A stretch of DNA of 64,000 nt from Phoronis australis (Eukaryota > Animalia > Phoronida): contig NMRA01000381.1 in NCBI GenBank assembly GCA_002633005.1, positions 307,057-371,056 on the forward strand, in the 5' to 3' direction. A program made the position numbers and the translations under genes. Positions 44,601 to 56,600 of this stretch are shown piece by piece. The stretch's first letter is position 1. Every line of letters starts with the position of its first letter. The notes beneath the pieces are model-generated. The model searched no databases, had not been told where the DNA came from, and worked only from the letters and a program-made list of their open reading frames with translations.

Positions 44601-47600
44601 TCTGGGTGAATAATTGCAAATTAATGTCAGTCAGTGTCAGTGATATACTGTTCATTTTATTCCTTTGCTTGTGTTAATGAGCATTTCCTAAGTATAGCTG
44701 TGTGGGCTGTTGCACAAGCCAGCTCTTGTAGTATGATTGATCCATTCCATTTTCATGCGGAAAATATCCATTTGAAGGCCTTTCCCATTAGCTGTGAAGC
44801 ATCGGTGTTGCTGAAGCTTCGATACTGCCAAAGCTTTGGTTAATGAGAATACTTAACTTCGATCTTGAATCGAAGTCAACAGTGCGAGTTAACTCCTAAG
44901 AGGTGAATTTAACAGCAAATCGTCGACTCTTCGCGACTATGAGAACACTGAACTTTGCTGGCGTTGAAGTTATCGGCAGGGGTCACTGCCTGTACTTGCC
45001 AACAGCGGGCCATAACTAGTAACTAATTGTTCATATTTTGTTCTAATAATTATTGTTGTGGGAGTATAAGCGTTCCTTTTCAATTTCTCTGTGTATTTCA
45101 TGAATTCTTTACATCAAAAAGTCACTGAACATGAAGGGTACACAAAACGAGTTCCAGCCATGTCATAAGACCTTTGTTTGGATCAACTGTTAGCTTGCTC
45201 AAGAGTTGATTTTTGCTTATGTCCTTTTCTAATATATCGTTACCATTCCAACTTGGCAACCGGCAACCGTTGGGCTGCGTTGTGAGGTTTATGTTCTAGG
45301 TTTCCATTTGGGCAGAGGGAGAGAGCTCTTTGCTATTTTTGATGGCAAGCACTAATAAAACCATTAAGGTATATGATTTATGGTCATATTAGCACCACCT
45401 TGTGATATTTTCACTGAACTATAATTCCAAAGGTGATGAGAACACTAACGCGGTTAACAACAGTTAACATCGAAACTTCAATAGTAGCAAAGTTAACCGC
45501 ATGGGAAAGGGCCTTCAATCATTGCAGCTGAACCCCACATTTTGTTCAGCATTTTTGTGTAGCTCATTGCGAGCAAATTGAAGAGACTTTTCGGTGTGGA
45601 GACCACAAAACAGTTGATGAATTTTCTACATTAGTTGCTTACAAGGTACTGGATATTGAGAACCAGTTTGATGATCGTGATGCGTTGGAGAAAACTGGTT
45701 CTCAAAATGCTGGATAGTGTAAGTCACTGTTACTGTCCTGTTAATATAAGACTGTTTGTATTTCTTTGTTCTAATGCCACATGTGCTACCTATTGTATGG
45801 TCCAATTAACACCAATGAACGGTTGTTTCTTGTTTTAAGTGTTCTCCTATATACCAACTAACTGCACTCAGCTTGAAAATTTTTTCCTAAGCGTTTTTGA
45901 ACCAAGATCATCATTCTTTGTTCTTGTTTTATTGCTCCTAACAACTTATTATTGTTAACACATTTCCACACTCATCAAGCTGTGCCAGGAACTGAAACTA
46001 ACAAACATGTTATATGTTTATATATTCTTCTTACTTTGTTGTTATGGTTTTGGATAGCTAAGCTGCAGGGATAATATCGATTCCATAGAATGATGCAATT
46101 TGTCCATTTCATTCTGCTGCAGTTATGATGCAATCCAGCTGCAGCTCTGGGTGAAGCAATTATACCTGCTATACCTGGTATAGCTCATTGGGTGAAGTAA
46201 ATAGCTGAGGTCAACTCCCAGGGGTTAACTGCACCTGGGCTATGGTGGCCAGCCAATCAGGAGACTTTACATTATTTCTTCAGCCTGTTGTTGACCATTT
46301 ACCATGCACCTATCAGCTGATTTTCTTTGTTGGTATGTCATTTGGGCTTGTGGAAGATCATTGTGGCTTTTGGCTTAGACCAGCCTAGGCTTGCCTTTAT
46401 CTCTCAGCTTGGCTAGCTTCTTAGCAGTCATGGTCATGTATGAAAGGAGGTCTGAGGTACTGTAAATCTTATCATCAAATGTTGTATGGTGAAATCATAG
46501 CTTATACCTTGGTTGTACAATGAGGCCTAATTCTGTCCAGTTTGTTGTGCAAAGATTTTGCAAACACTCAAACTAATATCAGCTGTTTAATTAATTTTCA
46601 TTGTTCAGACAATCATTCATAAAACCAGTCTCACGTCACCTTGGTCACACATTCAGTTTGTTTTCAGAACTTCAAAAATTTGGCTTGCGTTTTGTATATA
46701 TAGGATCTTGCAAGACTTACTGAGTTATCACCATGATATACAAGGTGGGATCACACTAACTGTACATGCAAGATTCTTGTATCTATGTCACATCGCAGGT
46801 GCTAACAATCAGTTAAGTGACATAGACAGTGACCACTGTCTCTAGTGGTCACTGTTTAAGTGACATTGCTTTTTAAAGTGTTTGTTCTATTGTTCACTCC
46901 ATATAGCAAATGGATGATAAAACTTAAAACAAGCAGGGCAAGGTTTTCTTCAATCTCCATTCTGGCTGAAATTATTTCAGTTTTCCGTTAGGAATTTTTT
47001 TTAAAACTCCTAATTCAGTCTTGAAAACTATGCCATATGTCGTGTGCCTGGCATATTTTTTGTATGTTTCGTGCATATACCATTTGATAAACTCAATTAT
47101 TAGTTAAATATTTTTAATGATTTTGATTCTTATCGATTGCACATCGATCACTTCCAAAACTGGCACGTATTGGTATTGTCAAGGACAGAAATGTGTTGGA
47201 TATTTTTTAATGTTTTATGCTTTGCATTATTTTTTGTTCTTCATGGTCCATGTTCAGTACCCTCCCCCCTTTAGCTTGCTAAAAACGAAAACTGAATAAT
47301 TGAATTGAGTTCTTTTACTTTCATAAATTAGTCTCATGACATCTCTTATCGTAATCTAATTCTATTTCCATTACGGACTCAAATCACAAGACAATTTATA
47401 AACATGCCATTAGCAGTTATCGGTTAACTCTTAAACATTTTGTTGAGTCGCTGATGACTTCAATGTTCTTGTTGCTTATGGAAATAGAAGAAATGTTATG
47501 AGAGCAATTACACGGCTTCACTTTTATGAGTGGAAAGGTGTCTGTGGGAATCTTTACTTGATGGGAAAATTCCTCCTCCCCCCATCACCACCTATTCCAC

Positions 47601-50600
47601 TCACGCCCCTCTTGAGAGGAACTTTTTAATCATTGCGGGGTAATTTTGGGGTTCGATAGGGGTGATTTCACACTATTTTTAATTATTTTAATAGAGGAAT
47701 GTTGCCGATATTCAGCCTCAGAATCGATGCATCAAGGGCCGTTGTAAAAAGTCTACACTAGTTCAGTTTTCGTTTTTAGCTTGCCAAAAAGGCAAAATGT
47801 GACTTTAGGTTTCGTACTTAATGACTTAGTGGATGCGTAAGGGATTGGCATGGGCACAACCTTACTATAATCACTAAGTTTGAATAACCATAGTTGGACA
47901 GCATTATTTGCAAAACAACAAGGTTTATGGAAGCTTTGCCAAGCTTGGTCGAATTTTAACTTACAAGTCATGGCAAAAAGTTATTTTTATTTGACTGCAA
48001 GTTGCTTCGAGCAAATCTTAATGATGACGTGCAGGTTTGTTTGACACGTGACAGCTACTGGGACTACTTTTTCATTTAATGTTGCGTTTCGGTGCTGTTT
48101 AGCTGTCAATGATGAATTCCTAATCAAACTGCATTGGGGCTTGGAAACAGTATGCTCATCCGATCTTGAATTGTTTCTGAACGAAGCAGCAACTGAAGAC
48201 ACAGGCAATGCGTACATGTGCCAGTTCCATATTCACAATTTTTGGATTGGCCATCCCCTAAAAATGCTGAGTCACTGATAGTTTCTATGTCTTTGTTGGT
48301 ATAGAATCCCATCACCGTAAGGAATATCATGACACTGATTTTATGGGCGAAATACATCAGTTCTTCTATAGAATGTTGTTTTTACACCTCGCTTTATGCA
48401 TTATTTAAAAAGTGGGTAGGCTTATCAGTACAGAGGCATGCCTGCTTATTTATTAGGGACCTGCAGTCATAACTGAATTGAAATAACCATGTAAGTGGCA
48501 TCTGCCTTCACCAACCCCACATAAACCACTCACCAGTCATTTACCTTAGCACACCAAGACTGTGAATGAGTGTAGTTTTATCCTTCTTTCATAAAGAGAG
48601 AACTGATTTTAACACGTGATGGGTTGACAGCCTTAAGATATATCCTCTCCTCTCTAACTCAGGAATTTTAGTTTGTAACAAAGGTCTCATCTGCTGAATT
48701 ACCGACTTTTTACTTTGGCAAAATCATTCCACCTGACCGCAATATCTGACATTCATTTTCGCCCACCCACCACCAGTTTCTGAATCAATGATAAATTCAA
48801 TTTATGTGCATGTTCAAAGACAATAAAATCCGACTGGTATTTTTACTTGTGTGTTTCTTATTGTTGGATTTAGGATTTTTTATGAATGTATTTATGGCAG
48901 ACATACTCTAGCAGTCATTGTTTTGCTGTGTTGTTTCATTTCGTAGTAAAAATTTTAAAGTGTTAAAAACCAACAACCAATTAATTGACCGGTACCTACT
49001 GTAGTGGAGACAAAGCAACAATAAATGATCACATTCCCAACAAAGGTATTGATATGTCTAGAACAAGTTGTCATGATTGATTGATCAGTTGTTTCTGATA
49101 GAAACATGGTGTTCATAAGCACTCTAAAGAAATGGCTCTTCACTGCTCCTGTGGTCTGTTGATGTATTATTAATTGTTGACTTGATTTTAGGCACAGTCC
49201 CTGTTTGTGGATGCTTTCCTGCACCGAAATCGTGTGGATCATGTGACCCAGCTCATAGGTTATCACCCGCAGTACTTGGACTGCTTCCTGAGAACACAGC
49301 ACTATCTAATGCAGGGAGACGGGCCACTGACATTTGAATACAGGCATTATATAGCTCTTATGGTAAGTGCAATCACATAGCTCATTTGTTAATCTGTATT
49401 TTTGGTACTTGCAATTAATTTTATATAGTCTGGCTTTAGTCTTGGTTGATTGTAAAATTAAGATTGGTTGTAAAAAAAAAACTGCTCTTTGTCCTCTTCA
49501 TTTATGCTGAGGTTATTGTGTATTTGGAATTGTCTTCAGGGCTCGACGCTATTAAAATCGCCAGGTCGCATTTTGCGACCTAGTCAGAATCCCAGGTCGC
49601 ATTTCCAAAATCCAGCTCGCATTCATAAATGCCAGGTCGCAAAATTTTCCCGCAATTTTTACGCGCCAAAATTGATTTTGGATCATCGAGAAAATGTTTA
49701 GATTATGCTCTTCCCGGAAGCGTTAAATACTCACAAATTTCAGTTCCCAAAACTGACTTCGTTCATGCAGGTACGGCGTTACTGTTCTACACGACCGCCA
49801 TTGAAAGTCTCTAGAGCGCAAGTCAAGTTCCCGACGTGAAAGTTGAATTAGTGCTTTCTAACTGACACGTGCATTCGTGTAGCTAAGTTTGCGATTTGAA
49901 AAAGGGAGAAAATGCCCGTTGAAAAAGTATCCGGGGTTTTGCTAGGTCTGACCTGCTACTGGCTGGCATCAAAGTCGTTAAAGATTCGAACTAACTCCGA
50001 GGGCAAATTCCCTCCGCTTTTTGTTCGCAGCCCACATTTTGCAACTTAACTCATGTTTGAAAAACGTCTGTCGAAAAAAAACATGAAACGATGCTTTAAC
50101 CGAATAAACAATTCAGTGCAAATTTCACAACAAAAATGTACGTAGTACTTATGCTGTTTACGTACTCAACAATTAGTTTTCCATGAAGTGAATAGCCTCC
50201 AAATAATTCCCGACTCCCTCCGTGCGAGTTTCCATCTGGTAATGGCAAGTTTGCTCAATACCTTCCAGGTATGGGGAAAATAGGTCAGTCACAAAACGAC
50301 ACGCATGTCACTAGTGTTAACTTTCTTTCGGTGGTATAAAACAAAGCCGGGATTTGGTTTTTACATATTGAGAAAAGACGTTTTTTGAAAACGGAATTTG
50401 TTGTGTAAAGTGAGAGTGACGTACCATATAGGCTGTGAGTCAATTTTAAACCACGTGCGGTCGTTTGTAGTGCGATATGATGGGCGCTAGCCTAAACTGC
50501 GGGCGCTTAATGGGAAATTCTCAAAAGTTGAGGGGGAACGCTTAGTAGGTCAGTGAGCGCTTATTGTGAAACACTTCAAAGGTAGGGAGTAGGCTTGTGC

Positions 50601-53600
50601 GTTAGCATAGTCGTTAACCTGAGTGTTTGCGGTAATAAGATATTAAAAGACTACAATGAAACGTCATAATAATGCGATTTTGNCGATTGTCTTGCCGGGA
50701 CCGCTTGCACGCTAACAACGGGACCGACCAGTGCCGCAGTGCGATATCAGGGATATTGTCGTGGATATTTGGTAAAGGTAATGAGGACATCTTAAGCGAA
50801 AAACAAACGTATTTGTCCACAAAGTTTGATAAGTTGATCGCTTAAGATTTAATAGAAACACCACTGTTTTGTGAGGTTTTATCACGTGTTATGTGGCCCG
50901 AAACTTTCTTCGACAAATCCGGAAATTTGCATAAGTGGCCGAAAATGTTAGCCAATGAAACGCACCAATGATCGATTCTGCATATCCCATGGTCACGCGA
51001 CTTGCTAACAAGTCATCGGGAGGGCTGTTCTCAGTTAGTGGTCTTTTGAACTTGGATTTGGCAACAACCAAGTAATGGTCGGATTAACAATAGCTGCTTT
51101 ATATTTGCCAGGTATCTGCCGAGAAGTGTAAAAACTCAGCTCGCATTCGTTGGAAATTCCAGGTCGCATTTTGCGACTTTATACGAGCTGACAAAAATCT
51201 CAGCTCGCATTTCCAAATTTCAGGTCGCAAATGCGACCTGCAGCTCGTTATGTCGAGCCCTGGTCTTGATGAGATTTGGGATCCCAAGAATTTATGGGCA
51301 TTAAGCTTAGGTTAACACCAGTTGAGGAGTTCTAACTTAACTAACAAACAAATGGAACTCAAGTTTATTGAGAGAGTAAAATTTTATCCAGCATTAACAA
51401 TAGGTGTCATAACAAAGAGAGCGCGACTATCATAAGAGTGCTTCTGGTGGATTGGCATAAGACATGCTTTATCATAAGAGTGCTTCTGGTGGATTGGCAT
51501 AAGACATGCTTGTTATTTCTTTTCAGGCTGCAGGGCGCCATCAATGTTCCTACACAATACACATGCTGCAAAATGACTTTTTGCTCCACTCTGGTGATCC
51601 CAAGTGGCTGAGGGGACTGCAACATATTCCACAGAAACTGCAGGATCTTTATGAAGTCAATAAACTCTTGGCTCACAGGCCCTGGCTAGTGAATAGGTCA
51701 CACATACAGGTAAAGTATGGTCTCAAATGCTGATGGCTAGATCATGCTGGACCTTTTTCTTGTGGAATTAATGACTGTTGGGTTTGTAGTTATTTTATGC
51801 TGCATTTAACAGTGGTTCTTTTTTCACAAAAGCTACGGAATTCATTGTTATCGCTGACAAATGTTGTGTCTCATATATGATAAAAGCAAAGTCTGTGTGA
51901 CTTAAATATGTAAGAAGCACCAAAAAAAGCTCTTACAATTGAGACTTCCTGTGACATTTTGAAATTGTGACAAATGGTGACTTGCCAGTAAACTTGATTC
52001 CATCCTCTGTGGCACATAACGTTGCCTTATAATTACACTTAGTTTCTTTTCTCATCTTATTTAGCGAATTTTACATTATTTATCCAAAACTGTTTTGCAG
52101 TAATTACAAGTGTCCACTTTTCTTAAAATTTCTTATTTGTTTTTTGTGACATGGGGGTCTTTTGCATTCAGAGAGTAGCTCAAGACTTCAGGAAATTAGC
52201 ATAACACCTGCTAAACTTGAGTGCAGTCATTACTGGTTTGGTTAGAGTTATTATTAGCCTGCCTTCCATCGTAAAAACAGTTTTTGATCTGGAACACTTA
52301 CCATTATGAAATTGGTCTCAATTTGTCCTGTCGTCAATCGAAGCTTTTTGCAAACCAAGAAATCACTTATCTAAATAAGAAACAAGGACCAACATTAAGT
52401 AGTCCAAGTCAAATGCTCACTTCTTGGATGGAATGTGAGTTTATAACTGCTTTGACTGAAAATTGGTCCAAAAACTGTGCAGGATAACATCTGAACTGAT
52501 TCATCTTTTCCCTGCAGAAACTAACCAAAGGAAAGGACAACTGGTCCTTGTCTGAACTGATGCATGCTCTGACAATTCTGGCCCACTTCCATGCCTTGTC
52601 CAGCTTTGTCTTTGGCTGTGGAATAAATCCAGAACTTGACGAAGACGGGGGTCACACTTTCCGTCCGCCATCTTTGACTACAGACAACAATAATGACTCC
52701 AAAGAAGTTTCCTGTTCGCCTGCCAGTGTAAGTTGATTATCCTAATTTCATTATTGACTAATCTATCAATTGTTACTCTAGTCATATTGAAAGTAATGTT
52801 TTAGACAATGTGTAGACATATTATCTCGAATTATGCTGCTGTTCTAGTGCAAAAATAGCCCCTTCAGTGTTAAAACATTCATCGTTCAAATTTCACTGCC
52901 TAAGTAAAAGACATGTTGACGGTGTGCTCCTTGTTTAGATCATTTTAAGGCAGCACTAGTCCGTGGTAAATTTAATGTAATAGCTGATGAATAATGCCAG
53001 TGGTTGTTGTATTACAGTATGATGGTGCTAAGGGTATTGAATATCTGATGAACAAAATGCGGGAGCTTGAGGAAGAGGGAACTGAAGAGGAATACTCGCA
53101 AGAGGAACTGGTCATGCGCTTTGAAAATGTGGGCGTGCAGTGTGTAGAGTGTAAGTTGGCTCATTACACATCTTCATGTTGGCAGCTTTAACGTTACATA
53201 GAAAAATGTCCAAGTTTGGCTAGTTTCAGAAGTTCCTATCTTAGAAATGGCTGATCCGATTTTTTATGTGCCCACTTGTTTATATGTCGTCCGGCATCTG
53301 GAGCTGTATCTCCTAAGCCCCTCACAAGATCTTGATGAGATGTGGCAGAAGTATTCCTATGAAGCTAATGATGGGTAATGACGAATTTCGGACAGATCCG
53401 ACTATTGGTGTGCCCCCTAGTAACAATTTTATTTTTTAGGTACTTCTATCTTCAAAGGTGCTCACCGGATTTAGTTAGTGAGCTGCCACTATCCTCTTGT
53501 TTTCGGATGGAGGTATTTTGTGCCACCTAGTGGCCATTTTTACTGTTTTCGAGTTTTTTTGGTCTCCGCCCCTCTATCAACCAAATCACTCAAAGGATGA

Positions 53601-56600
53601 TTGTGAGAATTGGCATATATGTTCTTAGAGTGAAGGGGACGGTTGACAATGATTTTCTGATGACTTTGACTACTGTGGCGCCTCCTGGTGTCAGTTTTAT
53701 TTTTTTGCACCCATAGCTGTATCTCCTAAACACAGTTCAAGATCTTTATTCAATTTAGCAAGTGTATTTAGATGAAGTTGACAACGGACGACGATGACTT
53801 CTGGATGGATCCAGTGAACATTGTGCCCTCTGGTGATAATTTAATTTTTTTTTCACTCTCCTTTGTTTTTTGGAGTCAGTTGACGGATTTTTATGCAATT
53901 TGGTAAATAGGTTTCTATTAAAGAAACTGACATGTTCCCGTTTTTGGACTTATTCTGCATCACCAGTGGTCATTTTTACTGTTTTTGATCTTTTTTTTTG
54001 CCTTTTGTCCCTTTATTCGCCAAAGCACTGTAAGGGTGATTACGAAAATTCACGTGTTTCTCCTGAGAAAAGGATGGCTTACAATGATTTTCAGGCAGCT
54101 CCAACTACAGTGGCTCGTCTTAGTGGCATTTTTGTGTCAGTGGCTGTATCTCCTAAACCCTCTGCAGAACCTTTGTTAATTTTTTTCTTTCTTTGGTATC
54201 TTTGGAATTAACTAATGACATCTTTCCATTTTCAGATGAATTTGATGTAGTGCGTGCCACCTAGTGGCTGTTTTTATTATATTTGAGTTAGCTTTTAGCG
54301 AAACCACTCTTAGGATAATTATGAAATTTGTCATATATGTTCTAACTAGGAAGAGGACAGGTGACAATAATTTTTTGAATGGCGCCAGCTATTGTGGTGT
54401 TTCCTAGTGCATATTTTGTGTGTGTGGATGTGGTTCCTAGTGGGAATTTGCCTTAAGTTTGTATCTTTGGAGTTTTTAGGTGGATTTTCAGGAAATTTGG
54501 CAAATGGCTTTTAGAGATGATGACACCTTCCCATTTTTGGATGGGTTCAATGCATTCTGTGGCATCTAATGGTCATTTTTATGATACTAAATACACCCCC
54601 AGGGCCCTAGAAGCACACCATTTGCGGTGCAGTCGTGAGCGCATTTCAACAGTCAGCGTTGCACTTGTAAACTTTCATGGGGTATGGTTTATGCACATTA
54701 ATACAAAACACTGTTCGGAATTGTTTTCATAGCCCCATGACCCTTGTAATGCCAAATCATTATCAAATTCTACAGCTTTCTACTTTTAGAAAAAATATAC
54801 TTTTATTGAGTTAAAGTCTATAGTGTATATTAGGCTAATTACACTGACCTAATGAGATGTGACCTAAATAACATTAACAGGTTGTATGATCAGCTGTTGT
54901 TCATTGGCCTATTTAGTCTGACTTCCTATTCCAGTCTCATCAGCTGTGGTTGTGTCCACAGAGTAGACGCACGATTGTGCTCGTGTACCTTAAGTGCAGC
55001 ATTTTAATGCCTAACCCAAATTTCTTGCAATTAAGGGTATGCGCATTAGTTCATCAGTTAAGTCTAATTAGTTCTAATTTTAATTCTGAAGCAAACATGT
55101 TTGTGAGTAATAGCACATGTTGTGTAGGATATCCATAGACTCAATACCTGATGAGTGACTTACAACTGATGAGTCCATCATCCTAGATTTACATTACTGG
55201 TTCAAGAACACCTTATTTTATATTTAATTCTAAATTTGTGTTTCGAAATATTTCCCCATATTTTCTTTTGTTGTAGACAGTGGGCCAATATGAATGAAAT
55301 TGGACTGTATATTCACTAACATTGAATACAATAGTCAAGGTCTACTTTTCCACAAATTGGTGCTTCTCATGCACACAAACGATGTACCTGATAAGAGATT
55401 TGAATGTTTTGTTGTCAATCTCAGGAAGTGTAGGCAATACCAGTCAAGGTCACAGTGAGTCACAGCAGTTGACCTCTTTCGGCCGCAACACTCCTCTCTG
55501 GGGATTGTTGGCGTAGACCCCTTTTACTTCATACAAGCCAGGATTGTGTTTAATTCACTGACTAATATCTTCACAAAATGCTACTTGGTCTGCCTTATAG
55601 GGAATAGTCAACCACTGCAAAATTTGTGTTATACTAGAAAACAGCTGAGGCTCCATTTGAAGGATCCTTGTTACTAATTACCTTGAAATGCCAACTTCTT
55701 TTGGGGGTCGGTGATTTGAGATTTTCTCTTGGACTCTGGCTGAAAGAGGTTGGTCGATGTGACATTTACTGGAATTTGTTACACTTTCAGTCTCCTAAAA
55801 TTTATCTACCAGATGTTCAACTGTTCATCTATCATGTATATTGTTTCTGCTACAGTCTTGGCTGCATTGTCTATGTGGCAGAAGCACTGATTTTGTGGGA
55901 ATTGTCTGCTGCTGATTATTGCCCTGTTGAATTTGATTCATTTTGGTGTTAAACGAATCACAAAGCTATTTACACTTCCTGAAAAATATGGAAAATTTTT
56001 GTAAATCACAAATTTAGGACGAACTATTAAATAGGTTGCTTTTGGACCACAAATGAAAACCAACAATAAATTCGGTGCATGCATGTAGTTGAATGTCCAC
56101 AATGTGCATGAAATTAACTTATTAATAATGTAACTGTCTCCATGATTTTGATTGCAGTGCAAGCAGCAGCAAGCCAGCCATCACCAAAAGCTGACATTTT
56201 ATGTTATGTCAATGACCCGGAGTTCGCATATCAAGATTTTGCGAAGCGAGCTGAGGAAATCCCAACATTCAGAGCCCAAGACTATTCTTGGGAGGATCAT
56301 GGGTACTCGCTGGCTAATCGTTTGTATCCTGACATTGGCACCATGCTGGATGACAAGTTTAAGTGTGCCTATACCATGACATACTATACGTAAGTACCTG
56401 AAGTGGGCACCTGCGTATAATTGTTGAGATAATAGGGATTAGTTTTTGCTGAAAAAGTCTTGACCTTGTGTAAAATTGATTTTAAGTTTGTAAACCAAAA
56501 AGATCGAGCATAAATCTTGCTTCTCCATTTGGTTCAATGACAAAAGTGGTTTTCTGTTTGTAATGCAGCAACTAATGATCACATAACTGAATAAATATTT

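Noticed and set aside
48434-48443. p53 half-site AGGCATGCCT in sestrin intron 3
   Set aside because: No adjacent second half-site; single decamers are expected by chance
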